From: Barthelona sp. PCE
Taxonomy: Eukaryota
DNA length: 64,000 nucleotides
NCBI GenBank assembly: GCA_040285745.1
Contig: JAUFOR010000002.1
Span: 1,426,001-1,490,000, forward strand
Reading direction: 5' to 3'
Every line of letters begins with the position of its first letter. Positions within the stretch are counted from its first letter, which is position 1. Both the position numbers and the translations under genes were made by a program. Under the pieces are notes generated by a model. That model searched no databases, was not told the DNA's origin, and saw only the letters and a list, made by a program, of their open reading frames with translations. Positions 40,428 to 50,993 of this stretch are shown piece after piece.

Positions 40428-41147
40428 ATGGAAGTAACCGAAGATTTCCTGAAGAAATTGACACAACAGTTCGATCTGGCGACAATATTCTCACTTAATC
40501 TTGCAAATATGGATATTAAGACATGGCCTCAAAATATTGTTCTATCAGAATGCGAGCGACTGGACGTGGGCTATAATTCACTGGGCGACCTCAGCTTTTT
40601 GGAGTGTTTTCCGAAGCTAAAAATACTGCATGCTGAAAACAACAGAATATCTGATATTAGTGGTTTGATAGATGCACCTTACATTGAGCAGCTCTTCCTT
40701 GAGGGTAATAACCTGAACGGAATTGAGTCTCTTAGCCTTTTGAACGATGCAGGAAAGCTGCGCGTCTTGAATTTAAGATGTTTTGATGGTAGTAACCCAA
40801 ATCCAATTTGTTTAAGTGAAACTTATTGCAATGATATGAAGAACTTTCTATTTTACTCTTCCCTCCGTGTATTGGACCATGGGTTCACAGAAGAGAATTT
40901 GAGTACGGAGACGTATTTGAGCTTTATTGAAGAAATTGAGAATGAGTTGGCTAAAGAAGATAATGATCTTATATTTCAAATCCCAAAACTTTCCAAATTT
41001 GTTGATGAACACACTTTTAGACCAGTTTATGTGCGATCTGTGAGCTCTATAGGGCGTACACAGGAGTATTTGATGAGATTTGACCAATATAATGAAGAGG
41101 CCAGCAATTTGCTGGCACGCATCAGACAGTTTAATTCAAGCATTTAA
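40428..41147 (+). CDS. Leucine-rich repeat protein (LRRC61-like)
   Basis: MEVTEDFLKKLTQQFDLATIFSLNL, SDS22-type LRRs and NPIC...LRVLD cap. Confidence 0.75.
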   Translation: MEVTEDFLKKLTQQFDLATIFSLNLANMDIKTWPQNIVLSECERLDVGYNSLGDLSFLECFPKLKILHAENNRISDISGLIDAPYIEQLFLEGNNLNGIESLSLLNDAGKLRVLNLRCFDGSNPNPICLSETYCNDMKNFLFYSSLRVLDHGFTEENLSTETYLSFIEEIENELAKEDNDLIFQIPKLSKFVDEHTFRPVYVRSVSSIGRTQEYLMRFDQYNEEASNLLARIRQFNSSI

Positions 41148-42172
41148 CGTCTTTTACTGTTCTGTCGGATCAACCTGCGCTCAACCTGTCTCTGATATTG
41201 CGTATTCAGATCAAAATTTTTTGTTCTTCGAAGATTGCGAAGAATGGTTGGTATATGATCAATCTGCAATTGATCATTCGATCTCATTACTATATACTTC
41301 CCGTTTGCGTGCAGCTTTTGCACAGGGCGACCGTAAATGTCAACAACTCTAATTGGATCAGTTGTTGCGATGTTTGGAAGTATCTCACGTGCCATGTTGA
41401 TGAGTCCGTTTTGCGTAACAGGGAGTTGAACCTCCATCCCTGGATGCTTTGTGAATCCATATCGATAAACGCGCACAGTTTCATCTCTTCGTTGTATCGC
41501 TTGAATATGGTCTGATGTGTGTAGTGTTATTTCGTCAAATAGTTGATCAGGAGTCTCAAGTGGCGTGTTGTCAGGTAGCAGCAGTGTCTTTGTGTTTTCG
41601 AAACCTGGCTTCTTAGAGACTTGATCGAGGATCTCAAACAGTGTTTCTGGAAATTTCTTCAATGTGACGCTCTCTTCACTGTTATCTTGCCGGACAACAT
41701 TGATTTTCCACTTGTTCTGCTTATCGTGGGTAAGCTCCTGTACCTTCCACTGTTGTGCAATTGTCATAGGTTTATGTCGACGAATGTTAGGTAGAGGAAG
41801 GGGCTCCTCAGGATAGTCGATATATTGGTAGTCAGGGTAGATAATTTTTTGAATACTGGAGCATACCAGTGGTTGCTTTCTATTGGCATGTGACGCGATA
41901 TACGTCTCAAAATTCGATAAATCCAAAATATTTGTGATTGGAGAACCGTCAAGATCAAGGAGACCGCGGTGCTGCCCGGATATGGCAGGTATATTGTCCC
42001 TGCACCAGCGTAAAATCTGCTCTACTGTCTTCCACCTGAAGTTGATACACAGCTGACGAGCTTTTGGTGTTTGTTCTCCTTCAGGGATTATGTAGATAGT
42101 GGTTCCCCTCATTTCAACGGTTCTACGAGCTCTTACCTTTATGAGCTGTTTTTTCAACTGTAAATGTTGCAT
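41144..42172 (-). CDS. Protein with three doublecortin (DCX)-like domains
   Basis: Repeated pattern of an IY/VY..G start, TxxxIL helix and LxDxxGxxI...L...YI end. Confidence 0.65.
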   Translation of the reverse strand: MQHLQLKKQLIKVRARRTVEMRGTTIYIIPEGEQTPKARQLCINFRWKTVEQILRWCRDNIPAISGQHRGLLDLDGSPITNILDLSNFETYIASHANRKQPLVCSSIQKIIYPDYQYIDYPEEPLPLPNIRRHKPMTIAQQWKVQELTHDKQNKWKINVVRQDNSEESVTLKKFPETLFEILDQVSKKPGFENTKTLLLPDNTPLETPDQLFDEITLHTSDHIQAIQRRDETVRVYRYGFTKHPGMEVQLPVTQNGLINMAREILPNIATTDPIRVVDIYGRPVQKLHANGKYIVMRSNDQLQIDHIPTILRNLRRTKNFDLNTQYQRQVERRLIRQNSKRR

Positions 42173-42517
42173 GAAAAGGAGACGAAAGGAATAGCGAGTC
42201 TCTTTCTTTTTTTTTTGCAGTTTTGTAAGGATTTTGTGGTATTATATAAATTTATATGTGTGATAATGACATGGAAATGAACATATTTGATATAGAATTT
42301 TTAACCCCGTTTCTCCACCATCATGTTTTTACTTTTATTAAATCTCTCATTTTTGTGCTTATGGCAAAGCACACATACTCAATATCCAATAAATGGAAAC
42401 CTGTAGATTTTTTGAATAATCGAAACTTTGATAATCTCGTCCCCTGAATCTCCCAGTCACTACACAAACTGTAGTTTCACCAAAACACCCCCTCAAAAGA
42501 TAAAAATCATCTAGTAA

Positions 42518-45500
42518 ATGAATAAAGTTGTTTTTCGATATCTATTCAGTTTCATGGAAAGTATTTCCGAAAAAGCGATTTCCCACAAGAAGAGGGTATC
42601 TCCACCCTCGACACCGGAGAAATTTCTCCGTAATAACGCTGGTATTGCAAGCCCAGCTTCTCCTATGTCTCCAACTCTTGGTTCACCCAGAAGGATGACA
42701 GTTATGGATTCCAACACATACGTGCGTCCGCCAGCAGCGAGCGTAAAGCGTGCCGATAAAGATTTTGAGATGTTCCAGTTTGAGATCTCGAAAGCTCAAG
42801 TTTTTATGAGCAGTGACAAACAGGCACGTCACATTTTTAACCAAAACGAGCCTGGGTGGACCGTTGACAGTGCATCTGTCCTCCATCTCTTTGGTTGTGA
42901 TAGCAATGGTTCATCGATTTGTTTACACGTGCATGGCTTCAGACCCTATCTTTATATGACATGCCCAACGCACGTGACGGAGGCAGACCTCGATGATATC
43001 AAGAGGGATATGAACATGGCGTTCAGTAACAACTATTTGCGAAGAAAACTAAATGAATATGTTATTGATGTTGAGATTGTTGAGCGAACCTCGATCTGGT
43101 ACTATCAGTTGAGCGGCGCCAGTCGCTACATGCGTGTTACTCTTGCCAATCATGCGCTTGTGAACCGAGCGACTAAGGCCTTTAGTGACTTTGGTATTTC
43201 ATCCTTTGATATGGAATCGGTTCAGATGTTTCACACCAACCTTAACTTCGAAAGCCAGTTTCTCATCGAAAAAGGCGCTACAGTGTGCTCGTGGCTGACA
43301 ATTCCCAAGCATAAGTATGTGCAACGTGAGGAAAGAGAGATGGTTTCGAGCTGTCAACTCGAGCTTGACTGTTATTATTCTCACATTGACTTTCACGATC
43401 CAAGCACAGTGGAATGGTCGCACACACCACCTCTCCGTATAATGGCATTTGATATTGAAGTCGCAGGACGAAGAGGCCACTTCCCGGATCCTGAACACGA
43501 TGCAGTCATTCAGATATCATGCACAACATCCACACACATTGGCGGGGAGCCGTTCCACAAGGTGGTTTTCTGCCTGGACTCGACTGACGGTATTGCAGGA
43601 TGTGATATTAAGTGCTACACAAACACAACAGGAAAGGGTTCAGTCAACGGAGAGGCAAAGCTCCTGAAGGATTTCTCACAGTACATCGTCGATGTTGACC
43701 CCGATTTCATAACTGGATATAACATCAATGGTTTCGATCTCAAGTTTGTCTTTGAGAGAGCAAAGATATGTGACATTGAGCGGGAATTCAGAAAGTTTTC
43801 GCGTCTGAAGAGAGAACAAGTCATTCTGTTTGAGCGTCACTTCCAGTCCAACCAAAGAGGTGAAATCGTCAAGCACGAGTGTAGGCGCCTCGAGGGTCGT
43901 GCTGTCCTAGATATGTATGACCAGATGTCAAGGGATTACAAGCTCCGTTCGTACTCCCTTAACAGTGTATCAGCCCATTTCTTGAAAGAGACGAAGGAAG
44001 ATGTGCACCACACCCAGATACCTGTTCTTTTCAGAGGAGACTCGGAGGATCGTCGTAAACTGGCTCTTTATTGCCTTAAAGATAGCCTGCTTGTTCTGAG
44101 ACTGATGTCGAAGGTTATGATCATTTATCGTGTGATCGAGATGGCGCGTGTCACTGGTGTTTCACCATCAACAATTATTACGAGCGGAGAGTCCATCAAA
44201 GTATTTACACAACTACACCGCGAGGCATTCAACAGTGATATGATCATCCCAGCGTTCCGTAACGGAAACGACGGCGGTTCGTACACCGGCGCTGTCGTCT
44301 TGGACCCAATCGCGGGGTACTATACTAGCCCCATATCGGTGCTTGATTTTGCATCACTTTATCCTTCGATAATGATTGCGTTCAACATATGCTACACTAC
44401 GTTCATACCCGAGAGCCAGCTGAACAAGGTGCCACCAGAGCTCGTGCACAAGACCCCAATAATCAATGAGAAGGGTGCTGTCGAGTATTTTCACTTCTTG
44501 AAGAAGAACGTGAGGGAAGGGTTGCTTCCCCGTGTTTTGCGTGAGCTTTTGGGCGCGCGTTCTATCGCTAAGAAAGACATGAAGGGAGAGAAGGATCCCA
44601 TTCGAAAGGCCGTACTTAATGGTCGTCAGCTCGCTCTGAAGATTTCAGCCAACTCAGTGTATGGTTTCACAGGCGCGTCCATGGGTCAGCTCTATCTTCC
44701 GCAACTCGCTAGTTCCGTCACAGCGCACGGTCGTGAGCTCCTGCGTTTTACGCGTGACACTGTTGAGAACAGATATAGTAAGAAGAATGGTTATTCGGCT
44801 GATACTGTCGTCATTTATGGTGACACAGACTCTGTCATGATCAAGTTCGGCCACACTACGAATGTCGCTGAAGCGATAGAGACGAGCCACGACTTGTCGA
44901 ACTACATTAACGAGCTGTATGAGTCTCCAATTAGTTTGGAGTTTGAGAAGGTTTTCTCCCCGTATCTTTTGTTGAAGAAGAAGAGGTACGCCGGTCTGCT
45001 CTGGGAAAATGCGGAGCACTACAAGAAGATTGATATCAAAGGTTTGGAGGCTGTTCGACGTGATAACTGTAAGCTCGTTGCGCGTATGCAGAACCAGATC
45101 TTGGGCTATCTCCTCATCGAGAGGAATGTCGAGGCAGCAGAAGCGCTCATCAAACAGTACGTGGCTCGTCTGTTAACGCACGAAATCGATTTATCCCTGC
45201 TCATTATTTCGAAGAATCTGTCTCGAACGGACTACAAGGCGAAGCAACCGCATGTTGTGTTGGCGGAAAAAATGCGACAGAGAGATCCGAACTCTGCGCC
45301 CAACATTGGTGATCGTGTTCCTTACGTTGTAGTATCAGCACATTCGACAGCAAAGGTTTATGAGAAGGCAGAGGATCCTATGTACGCCATTGATAACGAT
45401 CTTAACGTTGACACCAAGTACTATCTTGAACGCCAAATTAAAGAACCTATTTCAAGGTTGATGGAGTACGTCATCAGCGAAAAAAAATTGATTGGACTGT

Positions 45501-45904
45501 TTGTTGGAGATCACACCAGGAAGAGGGTCCAGAGAACAAACAAGAAAGGAGCGCTGGCAGGGTTCATCACCATTTCAAAGAGGTGTTCACATTGTAACGT
45601 TAATGTTAATGGTGATGCTGCTCTGTGTCCGAACTGTTTAAGGAACACAACAGTCGTTGAGGATGTGTTTTCCAAGAAGCTGTCCGACCTGAGGGTTGCT
45701 GAGCGGGAGTTTGGTCGCGTGATGTCCGAGTGTCAGCGTTGTGCAGAGTCTTCGTATGCCACCATCATGTGTCAGTCAGTTGATTGTAACTTGTTTTATA
45801 TGCGCAAGAGGTGCGAGAAGAATCTTAGAAGGTGTCAGGACGAGGTTAATAGGTTCAGGTTTTCGATTAAGAAAAGTAATGCCGTAGATATTGAGGATTT
45901 GTAA
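42518..45904 (+). CDS. POLD1: DNA polymerase delta catalytic subunit
   Basis: Exonuclease motifs FDIE, GYNINGFD and YCLKD; polymerase motifs DFASLYPSIM, KISANSVYG and YGDTDS; CysA and CysB intact. Start may be 42554. Confidence 0.97.
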   Translation: MNKVVFRYLFSFMESISEKAISHKKRVSPPSTPEKFLRNNAGIASPASPMSPTLGSPRRMTVMDSNTYVRPPAASVKRADKDFEMFQFEISKAQVFMSSDKQARHIFNQNEPGWTVDSASVLHLFGCDSNGSSICLHVHGFRPYLYMTCPTHVTEADLDDIKRDMNMAFSNNYLRRKLNEYVIDVEIVERTSIWYYQLSGASRYMRVTLANHALVNRATKAFSDFGISSFDMESVQMFHTNLNFESQFLIEKGATVCSWLTIPKHKYVQREEREMVSSCQLELDCYYSHIDFHDPSTVEWSHTPPLRIMAFDIEVAGRRGHFPDPEHDAVIQISCTTSTHIGGEPFHKVVFCLDSTDGIAGCDIKCYTNTTGKGSVNGEAKLLKDFSQYIVDVDPDFITGYNINGFDLKFVFERAKICDIEREFRKFSRLKREQVILFERHFQSNQRGEIVKHECRRLEGRAVLDMYDQMSRDYKLRSYSLNSVSAHFLKETKEDVHHTQIPVLFRGDSEDRRKLALYCLKDSLLVLRLMSKVMIIYRVIEMARVTGVSPSTIITSGESIKVFTQLHREAFNSDMIIPAFRNGNDGGSYTGAVVLDPIAGYYTSPISVLDFASLYPSIMIAFNICYTTFIPESQLNKVPPELVHKTPIINEKGAVEYFHFLKKNVREGLLPRVLRELLGARSIAKKDMKGEKDPIRKAVLNGRQLALKISANSVYGFTGASMGQLYLPQLASSVTAHGRELLRFTRDTVENRYSKKNGYSADTVVIYGDTDSVMIKFGHTTNVAEAIETSHDLSNYINELYESPISLEFEKVFSPYLLLKKKRYAGLLWENAEHYKKIDIKGLEAVRRDNCKLVARMQNQILGYLLIERNVEAAEALIKQYVARLLTHEIDLSLLIISKNLSRTDYKAKQPHVVLAEKMRQRDPNSAPNIGDRVPYVVVSAHSTAKVYEKAEDPMYAIDNDLNVDTKYYLERQIKEPISRLMEYVISEKKLIGLFVGDHTRKRVQRTNKKGALAGFITISKRCSHCNVNVNGDAALCPNCLRNTTVVEDVFSKKLSDLRVAEREFGRVMSECQRCAESSYATIMCQSVDCNLFYMRKRCEKNLRRCQDEVNRFRFSIKKSNAVDIEDL

Positions 45905-46073
45905 AAATCGAATAATTCTGGATATTTATCAATGTATTCGTGGTTGAAGATGTTGTGCATTTCTGTTTGGAGAAGAAAAACTAATGTAAAGTAGGTGTTT
46001 CAAGTTTTAAAAATTATTCGCGCGTACTCGCTTTTCATTCTTTTTTCATTATTTTATTGCGGATCGTTGAGTA

Positions 46074-47660
46074 ATGTCGTTAATAGACTTTTCAGAAGAC
46101 GAAGATTTAAACGATTTAAGCGATCTGGATAGTTTTTCTCCAAAATATGAAGTCACACACAAATTCGACGCTTCCAAGCTGGGGGTTTCAAAGAATTCGG
46201 GACGGGGAGGCCTTTTCAACACACGGAGTCAGTCTATATCAAATGAGCAATCGCTTTTTGGAGGAAACGTTGTGGATAGTTACAAATCAATGGTTTCAAC
46301 CCGACCGCGCTCAGCCTCTGTACCGGTTCGCGACCGTCCTCGTGCAAATAGCGTTGCATCGAACATTTCAATTTCATCCAATGAAATGGATAATCCTGCT
46401 CTTGCTCGTGTATCACGTGCATTTAGCGTTCGTGAGTCACCCGTATCTCCACCCCCAATGGAGGTTGTTGATGAGGTTACGGAAGATTTTAGTGACTTAA
46501 CGAGGGTTCTTGCTGTCATTGATGAAAAACCCCCAATTACTGGATCAGGTTCTAAAAAGAGTTTACAGTCACCAATGAACTCCCCCAGGTACATGATGAC
46601 GACACCTACCACGACAACAACAGATGGTGAGACAGAAGTTATTCTTGAGTCAGACATTGAGGTGGTTGACCGTCCAACATTCAACATAGTTTCACTCGAT
46701 GCTGTCAAGGTCCCGTCCCCGCACAAGTTGTCAAGCCCCGACGAAGAGGATAAGCAGACGTTGAAATTTAGGAAACCGTCATTCTCAGTGCCTTCCAAAA
46801 ATATTGCTCCCGCACGGACTGTCATGGACGTTAATATGAACGTTTCCGCGGTCATCGACGATATTGTTGAGAAACAGCCCGTAAATAAGGTTTCCATGCC
46901 CAACTCGAGTATATACGCTGATTCTGATGTTTTTGAGGACATCTCACCAATTAAACAGACAAAGGAGATAGTCTCGCCTAATCCGACCAATGATGTGGTC
47001 GTTCCTGTAGCACAACAGGCTAACTCATACGAGACTCCAAAGAAGTCGGCTTCTGAGAATAATGTGCAACAACAACCAGTCCAGTCTGGTCAACCACAGT
47101 ATCCACCACAGTATCCACCACAGTATCCGCCAAGCATGATGCAGCAGATGCAGCAGATGTATCCGCACATGCCACCCTACATGCAATACATGCCGCCACA
47201 AATGCCGTACATGCCACCCTACGCAAATCCTGCATACCACGGTTACAGCATAGCTCCACCACAGCCGGTGGAGATCAAAATTGTGCATGAGCGGGAGAGC
47301 AGGCGGAGGCGAACACCGGGCAGCAGCGCATCGAAGAGCTCTGCTCGACTTGATTTTTCGGATGCTAGCGAGGTGTTCAGACCCGAAGACATGCACATTC
47401 CCATCACGCCTGAGATCAGCCCAGGTCAGAGAAGTAATCACACACCTAAACGTGACTTCTTCAAGCAGCCTGTTGTTGATGAGAAGGTTGGTCGAATGAT
47501 CCACAGTTATGTACGCAATTCAACGGCGCTTCGTGCACACAGAGACATGTTTCTCACCCAAATTAATTTATTGGAAACGATGATCACGTCGAACAGCGTT
47601 AAGCCAAAACTGCGCCATTATGATTACATAAGGAAACCGAGTTTCAGGCATAAGAGCTGA
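46074..47660 (+). CDS. Low-complexity S/P-rich hypothetical protein
   Basis: 528-aa ORF with PPQY/MPPY repeats near 47090-47225. Confidence 0.75.
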   Translation: MSLIDFSEDEDLNDLSDLDSFSPKYEVTHKFDASKLGVSKNSGRGGLFNTRSQSISNEQSLFGGNVVDSYKSMVSTRPRSASVPVRDRPRANSVASNISISSNEMDNPALARVSRAFSVRESPVSPPPMEVVDEVTEDFSDLTRVLAVIDEKPPITGSGSKKSLQSPMNSPRYMMTTPTTTTTDGETEVILESDIEVVDRPTFNIVSLDAVKVPSPHKLSSPDEEDKQTLKFRKPSFSVPSKNIAPARTVMDVNMNVSAVIDDIVEKQPVNKVSMPNSSIYADSDVFEDISPIKQTKEIVSPNPTNDVVVPVAQQANSYETPKKSASENNVQQQPVQSGQPQYPPQYPPQYPPSMMQQMQQMYPHMPPYMQYMPPQMPYMPPYANPAYHGYSIAPPQPVEIKIVHERESRRRRTPGSSASKSSARLDFSDASEVFRPEDMHIPITPEISPGQRSNHTPKRDFFKQPVVDEKVGRMIHSYVRNSTALRAHRDMFLTQINLLETMITSNSVKPKLRHYDYIRKPSFRHKS

Positions 47661-47713
47661 TTCCGTTCCATAGTCAGAGTAAAAGTAGCATTTTGTAAGA
47701 TTTTTTATGAAGA

Positions 47714-50200
47714 TTATAATGTGTGATAGCCAACATGTTCAGCCTCATTAATTGATATACGCTTGACTTCATAAGCATTTCCAGTCTTTTTAGTCCTTTT
47801 GCGATACCATACAACAAACACAATTACAAAAGCCAAAGCAAAGAATAAATAAGCAATATAGTAATAAATCTCATATGGATCACTTGCATATGTTATGTAG
47901 TGCTTAGTTGTGATTGCACAATATGCTTTGGATGAATATGGGTCAATCACCCGAACCCATCCCTTCTTACCTTCACATTCATTGGTTTGAAGTGACTCCA
48001 CAACCGTGCCATGCAAGCTCAAGTGGATTCGTTGGTCTATATTCTCATTGTGAATTACTAATGAGTCGCCATGTCCCTGATCAAAGTACACGGCACGTGG
48101 AATCCGTTCACCGAATACTCTCCTCTTGTTGACCTCGATCCAATTCATAGGATCAGTCTGGAGCGTTGAGTTGTCAAGTATCATGATGAATGCTCGGTTG
48201 GATCGGTCGTCACACTGGTCTGCTCCCAGCTTTACGCCAAATGTGAGGGGGGTGTTGAACGGCAGGAAGTTGTACTCGAATGACGTTTTTCTTTCAGTAA
48301 CAATACCGGGTAATGGTGTGCCGCATCGGTCTCCCTGGTATCCTAAACACGCACATGTCAGCAAATCACAATCGACACAATCACAAACCGTGCCGTTCAT
48401 CATAACAGAGATTTCAAAGGAATCAAAGAATCTAAAGTATACTTCAACAACCGCATTTGGATCTACAACAACTTTTTCAACCTGGTACCCGGTATGGAAA
48501 TACGATCGAGGAATGGTTCTTATTGCTGTTTCTGAAACACGAATTGTTCCAGCATGATGAGCACCATACACTGATATGGTGGCACGGGTTTTCGTTGATG
48601 ACGCACCTCTGAGCACTAATTTGAAACCCTCACCTTTGTAATCGACATTAAACCTCGTGAAGTCGTATGCATCGTTATCCATATTAATACTTAATATATT
48701 GTCAACATTGATACAATCTGGGGCTTTATATCCTTGCTTACACACACAACCTTCCAGAGTGCAGCGTTGATTCATTCCACAACCAGAAGGACACCAGTTA
48801 TGATGCTCTATGTCTGACTCGTATACATAGCTGACGAATTTGAGCTCCGGGGAAACATTCTTACCCTTCAACATAAAAGATGTGCAACTTGGCGAATATA
48901 AATCAAAATATGAGGTTTCTGTGACTGAAACTGGTGTTTTCGAAGGATCCCACACCTTTCCAGGCATCAGCTCAACAGTTGCGTTGGTGAAATGTAAGAG
49001 TTTTACGTAGATGCTGCGAGTTGCCACTATTCTCGGTTTAATCTGACGTGGTTCGAAGACATACGGACAAATAGTAACGTTAGCATTGAAGGATGTAACG
49101 TGAGGGAATACAGCAGCTGAAAATGAAAATTCGCTATACATTTTTTCCTCATCACCATTAAGGTACAGCAAGTTACCAATATTGCAGCCATTATCATTGA
49201 AGAAGATAGGGTCTTTTCCATGACAAGCACACATAGACCATGATATCATCCGACCTAATGTACAGGGATCGTCGAATGTATCATTCCAACTCATCAGAGA
49301 CCATCGCATGTGCATGTATCCATTTCTCAATCGACTGAATAATATGAAAGAGGGAGTTGAATCTGCGGAACTGTATAATGTACTTCTTTCATTTGAAACA
49401 TCATTAATATCCTGGATAGATCCCAAGTCAGTGCCGTTGACATAATCAACATCAGTAAAAACAATAGATGTTTGGTCGCGATGCTGGCCCAAATATAAAT
49501 CCTCGAATATGAAACGGTACACCATATTGTCCGGCGGGGTAGGGAAGACCACCTCCATATGTGCTTCATCGATGATGCTGTCCATTGAGAGCGAACCCCG
49601 AACATCTGTCACCTCAACTGTACTGTTCTTTATATTGTCAAGGGAATAGTGCGTGCTCGTAGGATCACACTTTGCGCCCAGACACACACATTCGCCATCG
49701 ATTAGGAATCCTTGATCATTACAATCCGAGGCTAAATGAATGGGTGTGGTTGTAAATGAGAACTGTATTGGTCCGTAATTGTTTCTAATCAACACTGAGA
49801 ATGATGTTCTGTATGACTCAAAGCTAGGAATGGCATTCACACGATGAAATGGAGGCGAATCACCACAAAATCTCTTACTACGGTCAATCGTTCTGACCAA
49901 ATCTACAATGCTTAGGTAATCTCGGTAACACCCTGCATCGTACTCCATGTGAAATGTGTCCAATGAAGTGGTAAATGCGACATTAGGTTGTGATCCCATG
50001 AATTTGATTCTTGTGAACCCTTTGTCATTCCAATCAATGTTAAACGTATTTGGCCTGTCAACGTCTATAAATACGGTCTGATCAGCTTGACTTATGTCCC
50101 GAGAGACTAGCGCTCTATTTGTGCTGTGATGTTCGCTAATAAGCCCATAACACTGTGCAATAAAAACAATTAAAACTGCTTGCAAAACAATAATATTCAT
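47714..50200 (-). CDS. Type I membrane protein with CUB-like and EGF-like modules
   Basis: Signal MNIIVLQAVLIVFIAQCYG, CUB-like CYRDYLSI...RFCG, EGF-like CVCKQGYKAPDC and CACLGYQGDRC, a TM helix, and a tail ending in YHTL (YxxL). Confidence 0.85.
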   Translation of the reverse strand: MNIIVLQAVLIVFIAQCYGLISEHHSTNRALVSRDISQADQTVFIDVDRPNTFNIDWNDKGFTRIKFMGSQPNVAFTTSLDTFHMEYDAGCYRDYLSIVDLVRTIDRSKRFCGDSPPFHRVNAIPSFESYRTSFSVLIRNNYGPIQFSFTTTPIHLASDCNDQGFLIDGECVCLGAKCDPTSTHYSLDNIKNSTVEVTDVRGSLSMDSIIDEAHMEVVFPTPPDNMVYRFIFEDLYLGQHRDQTSIVFTDVDYVNGTDLGSIQDINDVSNERSTLYSSADSTPSFILFSRLRNGYMHMRWSLMSWNDTFDDPCTLGRMISWSMCACHGKDPIFFNDNGCNIGNLLYLNGDEEKMYSEFSFSAAVFPHVTSFNANVTICPYVFEPRQIKPRIVATRSIYVKLLHFTNATVELMPGKVWDPSKTPVSVTETSYFDLYSPSCTSFMLKGKNVSPELKFVSYVYESDIEHHNWCPSGCGMNQRCTLEGCVCKQGYKAPDCINVDNILSINMDNDAYDFTRFNVDYKGEGFKLVLRGASSTKTRATISVYGAHHAGTIRVSETAIRTIPRSYFHTGYQVEKVVVDPNAVVEVYFRFFDSFEISVMMNGTVCDCVDCDLLTCACLGYQGDRCGTPLPGIVTERKTSFEYNFLPFNTPLTFGVKLGADQCDDRSNRAFIMILDNSTLQTDPMNWIEVNKRRVFGERIPRAVYFDQGHGDSLVIHNENIDQRIHLSLHGTVVESLQTNECEGKKGWVRVIDPYSSKAYCAITTKHYITYASDPYEIYYYIAYLFFALAFVIVFVVWYRKRTKKTGNAYEVKRISINEAEHVGYHTL

Positions 50201-50267
50201 GATAAATACATTGAAGAGGAGTAAATGTGTATTACAATTTACGCCCCTATTAATTTCACAGTTAATT

Positions 50268-50663
50268 ATGAAATTGCAGAGGATATTTAGCAGGATCCCC
50301 GATGAGGGCAAACGAGAGGAGATTAATGAACGAGTTATTGAGAAATATTTGGAAGAGCGCAGGCGTAACTTTCCTTCTGAAGAGAACATAAAAAGGAAGA
50401 AGAGGCTTCAGACTCTCCACGAAAATGAAGATGGTGGTTACATAACAGTCGAACTCACAGATAAAGATGTTGTCAAAAATGCAAAGCAGAGTTTAACGAC
50501 AACAAAGAAGAAGGGCAAAAGGAAGGCAAAGATTCGCACTTCTCAACCCAAGTTAAAGGCACACGGTCATTTATTCAGATTATTGATCAAAGATGAGTTT
50601 GAGCGTGAAGGACGTGCATTGCTACAGGCCTTTAAGTACTTTATTGATAATGGTGCTGTATAA
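50268..50663 (+). CDS. NUFIP1/Rsa1 box C/D snoRNP assembly factor (minimal form)
   Basis: IEKYLEERRRNFPSEENI (PEP motif) and C-terminal LLIKDEFEREGRALLQAFKYFIDN. Confidence 0.8.
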   Translation: MKLQRIFSRIPDEGKREEINERVIEKYLEERRRNFPSEENIKRKKRLQTLHENEDGGYITVELTDKDVVKNAKQSLTTTKKKGKRKAKIRTSQPKLKAHGHLFRLLIKDEFEREGRALLQAFKYFIDNGAV

Positions 50664-50993
50664 GCAGGTACAATAAGAACATATAGAATAGTGAGATAAC
50701 CTGCTTTATATGATTTGTTTATATGAGAGATTGAGTGCAGTTTTCAAGTATTAATGATGTTTTATTGGTCTTATCATTGAAACTTTATAGTGAAATATGA
50801 TGATTAATGAACCAGAGTTGATATATTGTTTTAAGATGGTCAATTACATCTTAACTGGTATTAATGTTTGGAATAAAGTAAATTGGAGATGTTGGTGTGT
50901 ATATTTAGACAAACAGTGAGACTGAGTCAGAGACATATAGAAATCTGACAAGGTATTCGTAGTTCTTTTTTCACACTTTTTCACACTTGGGTA

